Shown: positions 1-12,774 of the stretch, piece after piece
Numbering within the stretch: position 1 is the stretch's first letter
Layout of the letters: the number at the start of each line of letters is the position of its first letter
Assembly: GCF_009914755.1 (NCBI RefSeq)
Contig: NC_060930.1
Length of the DNA: 64,000 bases
Source of the DNA: the human T2T-CHM13v2.0 reference genome, Homo sapiens
Strand: one strand, 5' to 3'
Program-made: the position numbers and the translations under genes
Notes under the pieces: model-generated
Databases searched by the model: none
What the model was told of the DNA's origin: nothing
The model's input: only the letters and a program-made list of their open reading frames with translations

Positions 1-500
1 TTTGATGTCAGTTCCATTTTTGAAGTCTTTGCAGCAGCATTGAGATTTGCCCTGTGTGCACCACCCAGTGGCCAGTCTGGGGCCTGAGATGGGCCTGTCC
101 CTTGGCGGCATTTTCAATGTCTTTGGTGTGCTGGTTAGGATCATGTCATGCACATTCAACCTGATGAGACCGGGAGCTCAGAAACACTTTATTGGGTTGG
201 TTTCCCTAGTTCTTCTCCCTCTCTCTTTATTGCGTCTGTAGTACTTTCCAGTTCTTAGGACATCACCTGTTCCATCTTCTGGCCAAAAGCCTGGGCATGA
301 GGCAATCTGTTTGCTGCCCATTTCCTGGGACTACACCTGAGTCTAGAGCCAAGGGATAGGAAGACAGGAAAAGGAAACGCCAGAGTTTGTTCCAACCTCT
401 CGGGACTTCAGATCCTTCCCAAGGAAGGCTCCCTTCCTTGGTGTCTGAGGCACCTGTGGGCTCCCCTGTCGCTGCTGGCAGTGTCATCATCTGAGCAAAT
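1..500 (-). mobile_element. Old L1M (L1MD/L1ME-type) 5'-end fragment
   Basis: Segments such as ccacccagtggccagtctgggg, gtctttggtgtgctggttagg and aaacactttattgggttggtttccctag resemble the antisense of recalled L1M 5'-end consensus; right boundary approximate. Confidence 0.6.
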
Positions 501-769
501 GCCAGATAAGACCAGCAGACCCCAACACTGGCTGGAGTGCAGGTTCCGCCCTTGGTGCAGCCTCCTGCCTGGTGTCTTTGCTGCTCAGCTGGGACACCCA
601 CCCGCGAGAGCAGTTCTCTCTCCTGCCTGGAAGCTCTTCCTGACCCACAGTCTCCACCTTGGCCACTGCAGCTGCCTCCTTCTTCTGAGACAGGCCCAAG
701 CCCAGCTCCACAGCGGGGGCGTCACTGGCTGACTCTTTTCCGAGACAGATCTTCCCTGCACACCCCTGT

Positions 770-915
770 TTCCCTCCTTTTCATCCTTCCCCATCTCACC
801 TCCCTCCTTCTTCTCTCTCTTCTTTCCCTTTTCCCTACCCCCTCTCCAGCACCCCATGAGCACTCCCTCCCTCCCTCCCCTCGTCCCTCCCCCATGCCCT
901 CTTTCTACCCTTGCT
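770..915. repeat. Polypyrimidine (CT-rich) low-complexity tract with G-quadruplex motif on the minus strand
   Basis: Mostly C/T sequence; seven C-runs of 3 or more at 865-899. Confidence 0.85.
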
Positions 916-1421
916 CCATGTCCAAAGGGCGCTCACTCAGGCCCTGACCACATCACACACACACAGTTTTCCTTTGTGCCCAGTTTTCCTTTGTGTCTAT
1001 CTGCAGTCTTTAATAAAAGAACCTTTGGAAAACCTAGGCTCAGAGAGGACAAGTAAGCTACCCAATGCTGTATGGCCTATTCCTGGCAGAGCTGGATCTA
1101 TAAGTCATGTCTCTCAGACTCTGGGTCCCTTTCTTTTTCCACCACAGGTTTCCAGATGTTCCAGCTGCCTTTTTGTGCCTCCTGCTGTCTTTCTCTCCCA
1201 CAGGCCAAGCCTTAGGTGAGGGTGAACCTGAGGCCTCCTACAGCCAATCCCGCCATCCTCACTGGGCCTGCATGTTTCCCAGGTTCCTGCTTTTCCAGAT
1301 CACCTTACAGTCCTCATATTCCACCCTGCCTGAGAGTCCAGTGTTTTTCAGCTGTCTGCATCCTACAGGACAGCCCCTACCAGGCCCCAATCCTTCCACT
1401 GCCCCTCCCAAGCTTAGCATC

Positions 1422-1668
1422 TGTGTCAGTGTCCGATGGCTGCTGTAACAAAGTGCCACAGACTCGGGGCTTAAACAACAGACATTGATTCTTTCCCAGT
1501 CCTGGAGGCCAGGAGTCTGCAATCAAGGGGTCAGCAGGGTCATATCCCCTCTGGAATCTCTCCGGGAGGCTCTTTCCTGCCCCTTCCTGCTTCTGGTGGC
1601 TCCAGGCACTCCCGGTCCTGTGACCATGTCCCTCTGATCCCTGCCTCCCTCTTCACACAGCCTCCTCC
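1422..1668 (-). mobile_element. MaLR LTR fragment (MLT1B/C/D-like)
   Basis: gctgctgtaacaaagtgccacagact..ggcttaaacaacag..cagtcctggaggccagg matches the antisense MLT1 LTR end. Confidence 0.85.
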
Positions 1669-2984
1669 AACCAGTGATCTTTAACTGGCACAATTTTATT
1701 CTTTACTTTTGTCATCAGCTAGTATGGAGATTTATAGGAAATAAAGGGATTTATAGGAAATAAGGAAAGCTGCATTTCCCCTCCCCTCAGATCTGAGTGG
1801 TTCTGAATAAATATAGAGCCAACTACAATCGATGCACTTGTTGTGTGCACATCCCTAAAAGATCCCTCCTGACTAGAGTATAAAACTCACAGTCTTTTGC
1901 TGCCGGCCTGGCCACAAACAAGCTCTCTATTCTCTTATCTCACCACTGCCCTTCTAATTCCTGCATTCCAAGTGCTCTAAATTTCTCTCTAAATCTGGAA
2001 ACCAAAAGTTGATTCACTCCTCTGTGACACTGTGTGCCATCTTTGGATCTGGAGTGTCCTTTTCCTGGGCTGTACGTGGCAACCAGCTACTCATTCGCTG
2101 ACAGAAAGAAAACAGCATTTTCTTCCCAACTCTGTCACTGCACATATATTTTATTCTGGCTCTGGTTTTACATCTCTGTCTGCTATCACATGAGCTTGGC
2201 CTGCTTCTGAGTGCAAAGTGAGGAGGCAAAGCATCACTAGCAATGTTCATTGAATGAATTAACTGATGGCACTCATAAAATCTTATGACAGAATTGTCCT
2301 GTGTTTATAGTATATTTCCTTTTAAATACCCCCTTCACCTTAATGTTTGTCAGATAATTGCTTTAAGTTCACTTTGTTATTCACAAGAACTACATAGCTA
2401 TGGTTAGTGGAATTTTAGTTCAAACAAAAGCATTTAAATGTATGATGCTAATGGCCATTAATATTCTCTTTTTAACACGCTTCTCAGTTTAAAACAAGGA
2501 TTTTCAAATACATCATTATCATTCAATAAAATTCCTATTTCTTAGAACTTTCCGCTTTGACCCTGAATAAAGACAAAAGACTCAAACCTTGTTTTGGGAA
2601 GGGTTTATACATGGCATCTTAGAATATAACTTTTATGCTTAAATGAAATAAACCAAGAATAGTTTAAGGAGGAAAAAAAGCAAGGTGAATAGTTTAGCAA
2701 AATTTGGCCTTTCAATATGTTCCACAGCATTGCCCTAAAGTATAAAGGGAAAATTATTCCCAGGAAACTTGGCATTAAGTACTTAACTTTAAAAATTGCT
2801 AGCTTTATATGAACCAGAACATAACGGTGTTTATAATATCTTTAGAGACTACTTTCAGTCGGCATAGATTAGCTAGAATGAGGTAGTGCCATACATTTTG
2901 TGTAAATATATGATTTTTTTCCCCAGATGAGCTCAAAATGTTAAAAGGAAATTTAATCTGTAGTATTCCAAAGGACACTATATT

Positions 2985-3062
2985 TACAGACAGAAAACCT
3001 GAGTTTTAAACCCATGTTTACCATTTGCTACCTGTATGACCTTGAGAATCTTAACTTCTCCA
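2985..3062 (+). mobile_element. MIR fragment
   Basis: acctgagttttaaaccc..ccatttgctacctgtatgaccttgag resembles the MIR 5' core. Confidence 0.55.
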
Positions 3063-5334
3063 GGAATGAAGAAGTGTGATAGAGGCTCTCCAAGGTCATG
3101 TGTTGAGTTGTGATTTGGTGGTGTCTAAATCGAAACCTACGAGTAACAGATTAAAGGAGGGGAGTCATAGCAAACTGAAGAAATGGAAAATGGAATAAAT
3201 ACAATTAAAAGGCATAGATTTCAAAAGCCAGGAAATCAGCAAACCATTGAAGTTTGTGGGAAAATACTACACCTTTAGGCATATTTTCAATAAAACTAAT
3301 ACCATCTTAGCTTCTTCTCTTGAAATTTTATAACATATTTTCAGACTAGGGCAATATTTTTAGATTTTTAAAATCTAGGTCAATTCTAAAACATATATAT
3401 GTGTGTGTCCACACGTGTGTGCACACACACAGACATACACACACAGTCCAGTTCACATTCCAATTATCATGAGTTCTATGTTGAAAATTCCAAGGTCATA
3501 GTGTCATACCATTTCTTTTATTCTTCTTCTTTCTTATTTTGTTTCTTTTTTTTGCTTTACAGTCTAATGCAAGGGAACCCAAAGTGGAATATATGTCACT
3601 TTGTGGAGGCAAAATAGTGCATTGTAGTGAAAAAAGAAAACATTTGAACTTCCGGTAATATTTATTTTTATATCATTGTTTTCTAATTTATATTAAAAGT
3701 TTTATAAGGGTCATAATGCTATAGAATAGTACACCTATAATGATTTCAATAAATGATATACAGAAATCATAAGCACATGATTGAAGGTTTTATACTGATA
3801 GGGCTTTGTGGAGAAGCTAAAGGGAGAAGTGCCTGTCATCCAAGATTTCTTTCCTCTGAGATGTATCTATCAATTTCTCTATCTAGATACATATCCAGTT
3901 CATATATTTATGTTTTATTATAAAAGTTAAATGTTTTCAATAAAGAAAATTTGGAGAGTATAAAAATATGTAAGGGGAGAGGTAAATGACATAATCCCTA
4001 TGTTTCACCCCCAAGGCGCATACACAGTCACTGTTCTCTCAAGATCTTAATTGGTAAAAGGCTATTATAATTGTACATGCCCAGTATAAGTACCAAAAAG
4101 ATGAAAAACTTCTAAAAGTATGATTTTTTTCTTTGGAGAACTGAATTAATTCTCATAACATACTTTTTAAGTCTCTATTAGAATGTACTATCAGAAAGTG
4201 AGGGTTGTCGTTATTTAAGCCTTTTGTTTAACTAAATTGGCATCTTAGTTTAGAATACATCTTAAGGATATTATTTAAGATATGTACATAAATTTGTAGC
4301 TAGAAGAAGTGACTTTCTTTTTTAATCCTTCAAAAATCAGCAGAACCAAGTTGACCAATCATCAAAGCAATTATTCTTATATAGTTAAAGTCACTGCTAC
4401 AGCATTAAGTAGAACTTTCCATAGTTCTTTCTCTATACAATCTCTGAGCCTGGTTCCCAGAGGAGCAGGGCTTTTGGTCATTTTTGTTGTGATTTTGGAT
4501 GTCATGGACATTAGGCATCATGCTCTCCAAATATAATAAAGATATTTGGTGGGAGAGAGCAGTTTCTCAGAATGACTTTTACTTGTATTTTTCCCACCTG
4601 GAAAAGGGGACTTGGTTCTCATTCTCCTTTATTCATGCATATATTTAATGCAATAAATATTTAAGTGATTCAAATATACAAAACACTCTGCCAGATATAA
4701 TCTGGATATCCTGGACAACCTTTTCTGTCTGCATTTTACTTTCAAAATGTCTTGACTCACTATTTTCCATGGACTTTGCTATGTATCTTATTAGCATCCT
4801 ATCAGCATGAAATTTATCCATGTGCACTCTCTTGGGAATAGACGTATTTTAAAGTTTTAGTTGCTATAATATTTTGAAACTTTTTAGTTTGATTTGTAAG
4901 ATACATATTATAGAAGTTATTTGTTTTTCCTGAGTTAACTTTGGCTTCAAAGAGAATGAGGTGAGCATGAGAACAAAAGTGCAATCCTCAACCAGAACTT
5001 GACAAGGCCAAGATTGAAACTGAGATTCTATGCAATGACTTTCATGGTTAACGTCTTGTAAAATATAAAAGTCAAAGATTACTTCCCAAACAAATGTGCA
5101 GAACTTTGAAAAGAAAACAAATGATTAAATCCAGTAAGTACCTAAGTCTTTTTGATAACTTTTCCTCTAAACATTATCAATTATTGCTTAAATCAGTAAT
5201 TCTTACGTACTATTATTCCACAAAACGAACCATAAATGTTCTTCTACTTAATTAAATACGTGATCTTCCTAACTTTTCTGAAAGCATTATTTTAATGGAT
5301 ATCATTTTCTAAATGTATATTTCTCTTCGTTTCC

Positions 5335-5468
5335 TAATGTTTCCTCATCTTTAAAATGTGGATAACACTAAGAGCTGTCTCCTATTCTTGTTGAAAGGAT
5401 TAAATGAGTCAAGATATGCAAAGTGCAAAGTGCTGTGAATAGTGCCTGATGTGTGCGCTCCAAATATT
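5335..5468 (+). mobile_element. MIR (core and 3' part)
   Basis: gtttcctcatctttaaaatgtggataac..aggattaaatgag..atagtgcctg. Confidence 0.8.
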
Positions 5469-5512
5469 ACATTTTTTTCTTTAACTACTGATAACTAATT
5501 ACTTTCACTTAC

Positions 5513-5521
5513 CTTATTGTC
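5513..5521 (-). CDS. Candidate 9-nt microexon GACAATAAG (host gene unknown)
   Basis: Minus strand reads tactgatttgcaaattttattgtctcccag|GACAATAAG|gtaagt: consensus donor, branch-like CTGAT at -25, TGC near -21, about 64 nt without AG upstream. Sequence-only prediction. Confidence 0.25.
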
Positions 5522-8500
5522 CTGGGAGACAATAAAATTTGCAAATCAGTATCAAATGAATACAAATGAAATTAGGAAACAACCATGCTTCTTTGTTCAG
5601 CATTTTGTTTCTTCACTTGGACAACCATGCCTGTGATATTAATTCTATATTACCCAAATTATAAATTGAGGAATAAAATTTCCCCAATTGCATATAATTA
5701 CATTAAATGAACAGATGATTTTCTGCCATAAGCAAGTACTCTAAACCTGAACATATTTCAGAAACATCATTTAAATTTTTCCTTGAATTTTCTTCTGTTG
5801 GAAGCCTCTTTATATTTGAATGTACACATCCCAGGATCATTAGAAAATCCTAGCTAAGACTGGGGGCCAAAAGTTTTTCCGGAAGCTTGTCCTCTACCTT
5901 GAAGTTGCCTACCTTTTCTTCTCACCACATACCAGAGTGCAGGGGGTGGCCTTCCAGTCATATCGTTCTCCTCTGCCTCAGTTTCCCTGTCTTTGGATCC
6001 ATTAATAGAGGAAAAGAAAGGCAGATCTCATTGATGGAGTGGAATGATACTTTCCCAGCAGTCAGAACTTTGTCTGCCCTGTCCTTGGTCGGAAAAGTTA
6101 CTTTCAGCTTCCTTTTTTACTTTCACACTGAGAAGGCTTCACTTCAGATTCTTCTCTTTCTTTGTTAAACAGCCCCAGCACCTTCATTTGGTCCTTACAA
6201 ACTCCCAGGCCATATGCTGCCAAAGGAAACAAATCATTTTCACAAGAATAATTTTTAAAAACTTTAAAATAACTTAAATAACCTAATTTAACTGGTTTCA
6301 AGTTCAGTGTTTTTTTGTTTTTGTTTTGAGGGGAGTTTAATTCCACTGCTGACAATCATATTGGGATCATGTGGTTTGACAAGCACTGCGTCTCTTTCTC
6401 TTTTCAGGCTATCCCATTTTCTGGCTTCTCACATTCAGAAATATTTGGCTATTACCAAACACTCAGATTTTCTAGACTCTCAGCTTAGATTTCAATAAAA
6501 ATTGCAGGAATTTTTTTTTTAAAGAGTGAGGAAGAATAGCTAAAGAGAGTCTGAATAGTTTAAAATTAGGCCCTGGTCATATTGGTCACTGTTTATTTTC
6601 ATGGTTATGAGATGCTTGTCTTATTCAATGTGGTAAAAATCCAATACCTTTAGGCAGTTGGCCCAAGTTTGATTTTTAGGCATTTTGATTTGTAAATTGA
6701 ATTCTATGTAACCTTTACAGGATTCCCAACTCCATTATCATGTTATTACTTTTGTAATGTGTTTTGAGCACTGCCAATGTGTTCAGAATTGAAAAGCACA
6801 TTAAACTGGGCCTTTTCCCACAATGGTCTAAACATTTTAGCTGAACTCTTTATTTTTCCACCTCTGCACATTTTGAAAATGCTGCTGTATATCATTTTTC
6901 CCAAAACAGAGAGAAGTTCCTTTCAAAGTAAGTGTTATTTGAGCGTTTTCATTTGCTAGTGTTGCTAGACTCTGAATGACACTCTTTGGTGGTCCTTAGG
7001 TAGCCTAAGGTGACAGCCATCATCCCATTGTCATGCCTTTCAAAATGTTTGGGCATATTATAAGAAATGATCTTTGAAGTGTCCTTATTTTTCTCTAATA
7101 TCTATTTAAGAAAAACAGCCATTTTTTTCTTTCAAACTCCTAAATTTTCTTGTTGATTGAAGTCCATTTTTAGTAAAGGATGTGTCCACCTGAATGCATT
7201 AAGACTTTCTCAAGATTAAGAGGCCAGAAACCAGAATAAATGCCTTTGTCTTTCAAGTGTTTCCTTCATTTAACTTTGCTAATCATCGAAGATGACACTC
7301 CAGTTGTTCATTTCCCAGGGAAACATCCAAGAGTCACTTTAAAATGATTATCTTTTTATCTTTGGGCTCACTGAATCATTGAATCCTTATGCTTCTTCCA
7401 GGCCTGAAAGACTATTATCCCTGAGATTTTGACTATATAATAATAGATTCAAGATATCCAAAGTTTAGTTATAATTTGCATGTCATTCACTTAACTAAGA
7501 GGCACCGAATTTTACACTGACTTTCAGTTTCCATTTTGTCATATTAGGCTTGTCAAATTTGGGAAAACTATTACTTAAGTTTCACATAGAACCATTTAGG
7601 TTGATTTGAAAAACTGGTCTACTCAAACTGATTACGGCACATATTTATTCCTTAATTTTCACTCCCATGGCTCAAACCTATCGCCAGTTATCAATACATT
7701 TGGAAACCGTTTGTTAGTCTACTAAATTGCAGAAGTGAGAAAAATGATAAAAATAGAATATTTTAAGTCACTATTTGGTAACTTAAAAACTTGACTGGTG
7801 ACGTTTATTTGACCTGTTCAAAGATCAAAGTAAAGCAATAGCTCTGTCGTTGTTTTTACATTGACAACAACCAACCACTGACACATGCTTGACCTTTATT
7901 AAATGATTAGTTGAAATAAGCAAAAAGGACTTTCCAGTTATGAATTGGTGCCTTTGGGATAAATGAAAGAGTAATGCTTATGATTAATGAAGATGATCCT
8001 GACAATTATGGCTCACTATTTGTTCACATTCCAGCGTTAAAACTAAACTTAAAATCTTAATGCTGTCTTTACATAAAAAACTGTAACTATTTTTCATTAC
8101 CGTTGCATATTTTTAAATGAAGGAAGCTTTATTTTAGCTGCTGAAATTTAAGGGAAAATAGAAGCATGGTTTAGTAAAAGAATTAATCATTTGCTGACAA
8201 ATAAATTTTAGTCAGTATGTAATATTGCTAAAAATTGATAAAATTGGGGTTGGGGAGGGAAATTAGCTTAGTATTCAAAAGTGTTATTTAATTCATGATT
8301 AGAACCACTCATTTGTGACCAATTTGCTTTTGATCATTTCATTTAGTGGCAGAAGCAAAATTTTAACATTCCTAAAAATCTTGCCAAATAATTTGAAGAA
8401 GCGTAAATGACAAAAATTAATGTAAAAATTAAAAGCCAGAATAATTAATAGAAATTCAAAAAGTTCATGAAGACTGCAAAGCTATCCCAAGATTTTCCTG

Positions 8501-8926
8501 AAATTATCTAGTCTCTTCAGACCTGTTCCACCAATGGTATGTTTTAATAAATAGACAACAATGCTTAAAGGTATACACGAATTTGCCTTTCATCATTGCC
8601 ATGATGCATAAACATTATTATTTTCTCTACTCTTCCTGAAACACACCTATAAATTATATCTACCTATGAGCATGGAATTCCAACCTCAAAGTATGTACAT
8701 CTCAGGAATTTCTAAGAATTCTGCTTTATCAGACTTTGGAGTTGGGTGGAAACAGATCAGGATGACAGTGTTTTGTTAACAAGAGGTTCAAACCAACTGA
8801 ATATTCCCATGTATCGAAAAATGACCAGGAAGGGAGTGATCCAGCAGTCCTACAGAATAGGGAAGCAGAGTCTTGTAGGGAGGTAGAAGGTAAACTTGGC
8901 TGGAGTGTGAAGTTTTAGTCCCTTTT

Positions 8927-9330
8927 CGTATTAGTTTCTTAGGGTTAGTGTAACAAAGTACCATAAACTGGGTGGCTAAAGAACAAAAATTTATTCTGTC
9001 ACAGCTCTGGAGGCTAGAAGCCCAAGATCAAGGCTTTGGCAGGTTGGTTCCTTCTGAGGTCTATGAAAGAATCTGTTCCTTGTCTCTCCCCCAGCTTCTG
9101 GTGGCTTCTGGAAATTGTTGGCATTTTTGGCTTGTAGAAGCAGTACCTTGCCCTCTGCTTTCACCTTCCGGTGACATTCTCTCTGTATGTGAGTCTGTCT
9201 CTATGCTAGTCATGTTAGATTAAAGCCCACTCTAAGGATCTCATTTTAACTTGATTACCTCTTTAAAGATTATATCTCCAAATAATGTCACAGTCCAAAG
9301 TATTGAGGGTTCACCATTTAACCCATTACA
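8927..9330 (-). mobile_element. MaLR solo LTR (MLT1B/C-like)
   Basis: gtattagtttcttaggg..taacaaagtaccataaactgggtggct..ggttggttccttctgagg..ccatttaacccattaca. Confidence 0.9.
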
Positions 9331-9439
9331 GAGTTGAAGTTACCTGGGCAAGGAGACTATGCTGGTGGTGCTTAAGCAATCCTAGGCAGGAACAAGATTT
9401 GAAACAGGCTAGAGAGAAAACATAATTCCTTACTCTTAG

Positions 9440-9560
9440 GTTCATTCATCCAATATATGTCCCATCCAATGGGATGTCCCATCTAATATATGTTGCACTG
9501 CGTCCCAAGCACTATGCAAGCACTAGGATACAGTGGTGAACAAACTAGACTTTCTCGACT
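9440..9560 (-). mobile_element. L2 3'-end fragment
   Basis: ttcattcatccaa..caagcactatgcaagcactaggatacagtggtgaacaa. Confidence 0.7.
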
Positions 9561-11779
9561 ATGCTCAGTTTACCTTTATAACCCAATGGCCAGGTCTCTG
9601 ATGTTCAGAGACAGTTGAATTATAGTCATGGTCAGAAGTCATAAACATAATTGCCTTCAGGTGCCAGACATGGAATATAGTAACTGAAGCTCATCAGATG
9701 TAACAAAAGGCACAACAAAAACTCAGTGGTAACTGGCAGCTGAAACTCAGCTTTAGTGTGAGGGAGCACAGCAAATGGACCGGGCTGTGGCCACTGTGGT
9801 ATGCCCATCCTGCTTAAGGGGGATATCCCTCCTGATTGCAGATGCATGGGCTATGGTAGACTTCTGCATATGCTTCCCTTTTTCAAAATAAGTTGAAAAT
9901 CTGTATTTTATATAAAGTCTCCTGATTTTTAAATGTGGGCATCTTACATATTAAGTAGCCATCTAAGACATATCTGCTGGTGCATGTGGCCTTGCTCTGT
10001 TGCTTTATACCTTCAGCTTAGAGAAGGGAACACATCATCTGGAGTCTGATGGCACAACAACTGTAATCACCAATCATATCAGGAGGGGAACTTGAGGGTC
10101 TCCCTTTTAACACTTTGCCAAAAGTAAAGGGAGTGGAGTTTGTTCCAGGTAGTTTGGAGAAGACCATAGGACAAGGGTTGTTCTGCCAACCACATCAAAG
10201 GAAGATGAAAAATGGAAGATAAATCAGGCTGTCAAAGGGAAAGCAGATTGTATTTCACAGGGGGCAGAATCACTGCAGTCAGGGACCAGCATTCCTACAG
10301 ATAGACCCTGGTCTGTAACCAGCATCCAATCACGTTAAATAACTGAGATATTTGCACATGTTTATGTGTTAGACTTGCCCTAACTAGGTCAATAAACTTC
10401 TCACATACCATCTGAACACTAAACTTGTGTTTTTTCTTTTAATCTCTCCTCTTCGTCAAAGTATGTACATTTACAAACTTTGCTTTATTTTTCTTTTTCA
10501 ATATGCAAACAATTAGATTTTTTTCTGAAGTGTTAATAAATAAATAATGGAAAATATCTAGTTGTTATCTTTAGTTTTGCTAAAAGCTTATTTAACAGGA
10601 ATTCAGAATGCCTCCATTATATAAATATGTTGGTTATAAAAGGATTCTAAGTTGAGATCATTTTACATGGGGAGGCAAGGATCCAGCCATTCGAGCTTCC
10701 TTCTTGTGCACATTTTTGGAAGGAACATAAACCTTTGGATGTAGGGTGGTGAAAAATTCTGAGAAAAGGGCTGGCAATTGCAATGGCCAATATTCTACCC
10801 TATGGTGGCAGAGTCTGGAGAAGAACAGATATATAGGTTGATGAGATAGGCAACTTTGTTGAAAAGTAGCCTTTTCCCAGAATAATTCTGTAGGAGGCCA
10901 CGTGGCATGAGTCAGTGTAACTAAGTCTTCTCAGTATCGCTTTATCCTTTTTTATATTACCTGTGCCACTGAACTAATGTCTCATTAGGCCTGTGTAAAA
11001 AATACCACTACCTTTCTCAAGTTTAACTTCTGATTTAAATGAAAGTACATTATCTGAACAGTTGAATCAAAGAGTAAACAACTAAATCCCCTTTCAGTAT
11101 AATCTGTATTTCATGGTGTTTTAACAGGTCAACAGCTTCCTGTGAAGATTGCTTCATTTAGGTGTTTTCCCCAGAATTTGGACATGATTTTGTCTGAACT
11201 AAATGGCAATGAGAATTTTGCTGAAAACTGCACTTAATTTACATCTTTATATCAGTTATTTTCCTTCACAAATATAAATATGAATGATATACGTTTCTGA
11301 GCAATAAAATAGTGAAGAAAATAACATTATATGGTGATTGTACAGCAGTAGCAGATTAGCTACGATAGAAGATTAAAACACACATGCACATGCAACAAAA
11401 ACTAGGAGATAACTGACTTTGAGGATTTCAAGATATGTTGATATCCAGATATAACTTCAAGAACTTCTAGAAACAAGCAAAAGGTAACATACAATCAATT
11501 CAAGATATATCGAAGGTTTGAACTGCTTTCTGGATTTCCAAGCTGTGATAGAAATCATGGTCTGTGCTAATCATAGAAGTGTCATAGAAGAGATGGAACT
11601 TTAGCTGTGCCTTAAGTTCCTGCAAAATTTAGATTGCAGGATAACGATTACAGAAGGTTGGGGCTCTTAATGCTAAAGTTGGGAGAGTTTGCAGGGTAGT
11701 AGGGAGGGGACCTCAAGTAGACGGTGCTTCATTCTGAGTCACAATGAATCACAGTAATAAATGACATGAAACAGTAATG

Positions 11780-11925
11780 TCAGGCCATTTGCTGTCCTAG
11801 GACCTATTCAGGATACCATGTTTTACTGAGTCATCATGTTTCCTGAGTCTCTTTCAAATTTGTAGCAGTTTCTCAGTCTTTCCTTGTTTTTCATGACCTT
11901 GACATTTTAAAGAGTCATAACCAGT
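11780..11925 (-). mobile_element. L1MC-type 3' UTR fragment
   Basis: caggataccat..cagtttctcagtctttccttgtttttcatgaccttgaca. Confidence 0.75.
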
Positions 11926-12159
11926 TTTAATTTCTCCTCGAAGAGTCTTATAACAAATATTTTTATTTGTAATGTACCAGGAAAAAAACCATAATCATTT
12001 TGTAATCATTGCTCATTAAAAATTGCTACCAAATTTCACTATTTGAGCAGAGAGAAATAGTATTTTCTAGTGTATGGCTTAATGCCTTCAACAATGTAAT
12101 GTGAAAATTTTTACCTTTATGCCACCTCAGTATCCCTCCATTTCTAGAGGAATATGTGC

Positions 12160-12277
12160 TGTCTCAGTCAGCATGGGCGGCTATAAGAAAATATCGTAGA
12201 CTGGTTGGCTTAAACAACAGAAATCTATTTTATCATAGTTTTAGAGGCTGGAAGTACAAGATCAAGGTGCCAGCATT
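12160..12277 (-). mobile_element. MLT1A-like LTR fragment
   Basis: tgtctcagtcagc..tagactggttggcttaaacaacagaaat..aagatcaaggtgccagca. Confidence 0.8.
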
Positions 12278-12499
12278 ATTAGCAGAAATGATGTCCCAAT
12301 TATTAATACAATCCTGGATGGCCCAGTGGATACTCTATTTGCCATAGCAATTTACATGGGCATCACAACTCACTGCAGTGGGCACGGGATGCTGCCTTTT
12401 GGACCTCTGCCAATGATGCCTCTGAAATCCGCATGTTGTTTCCAAGATTCTACCATCTGCACATGAGTTGATTCTTAACACCCTTTTCTTCACTGTCCT

Positions 12500-12610
12500 C
12501 TGAATCACAGTCTCGCACAGGTGCAGTTCATTATCAGGGCCTAGGTCATATGCCTGAACCTAGCTGAAAAGGATGCTGAGAAAGCAAGTTTCTGACATTG
12601 ATGCGGTGGG
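12500..12610 (-). mobile_element. Old MaLR fragment (MLT1J/K/L-like)
   Basis: gcctaggtcatatgcctgaacctagctgaaaaggatgctgagaaa. Confidence 0.5.
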
Positions 12611-12774
12611 ACTCAAATAGTGAGAGATGCTTGCAAACATGGGAAGGGTATTCCAAATGCACCAAGTGATCAGAGATCTTGTAGAAATGGCAATTTTACA
12701 TCCCATCATATGCAATAACCACACCTTACTGATTTATTCCTCTTAATAATGGTCACCTCCGCTGACTCCAACTC

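Noticed and set aside
47-1522. Dense overlapping ORFs at the window start, suggesting a first exon
   Set aside because: The first ~500 bp resembles an old L1M 5' end and the rest is GC/CT-rich low complexity or MLT1; peptides are compositionally biased and lack any recognisable domain.
2018-2096. Minus-strand acceptor ttttctttctgtcag followed by RMSSWLPRTAQEKDTPDPK..
   Set aside because: Only a weak donor follows, two frames stop immediately and the peptide is not recognisable.
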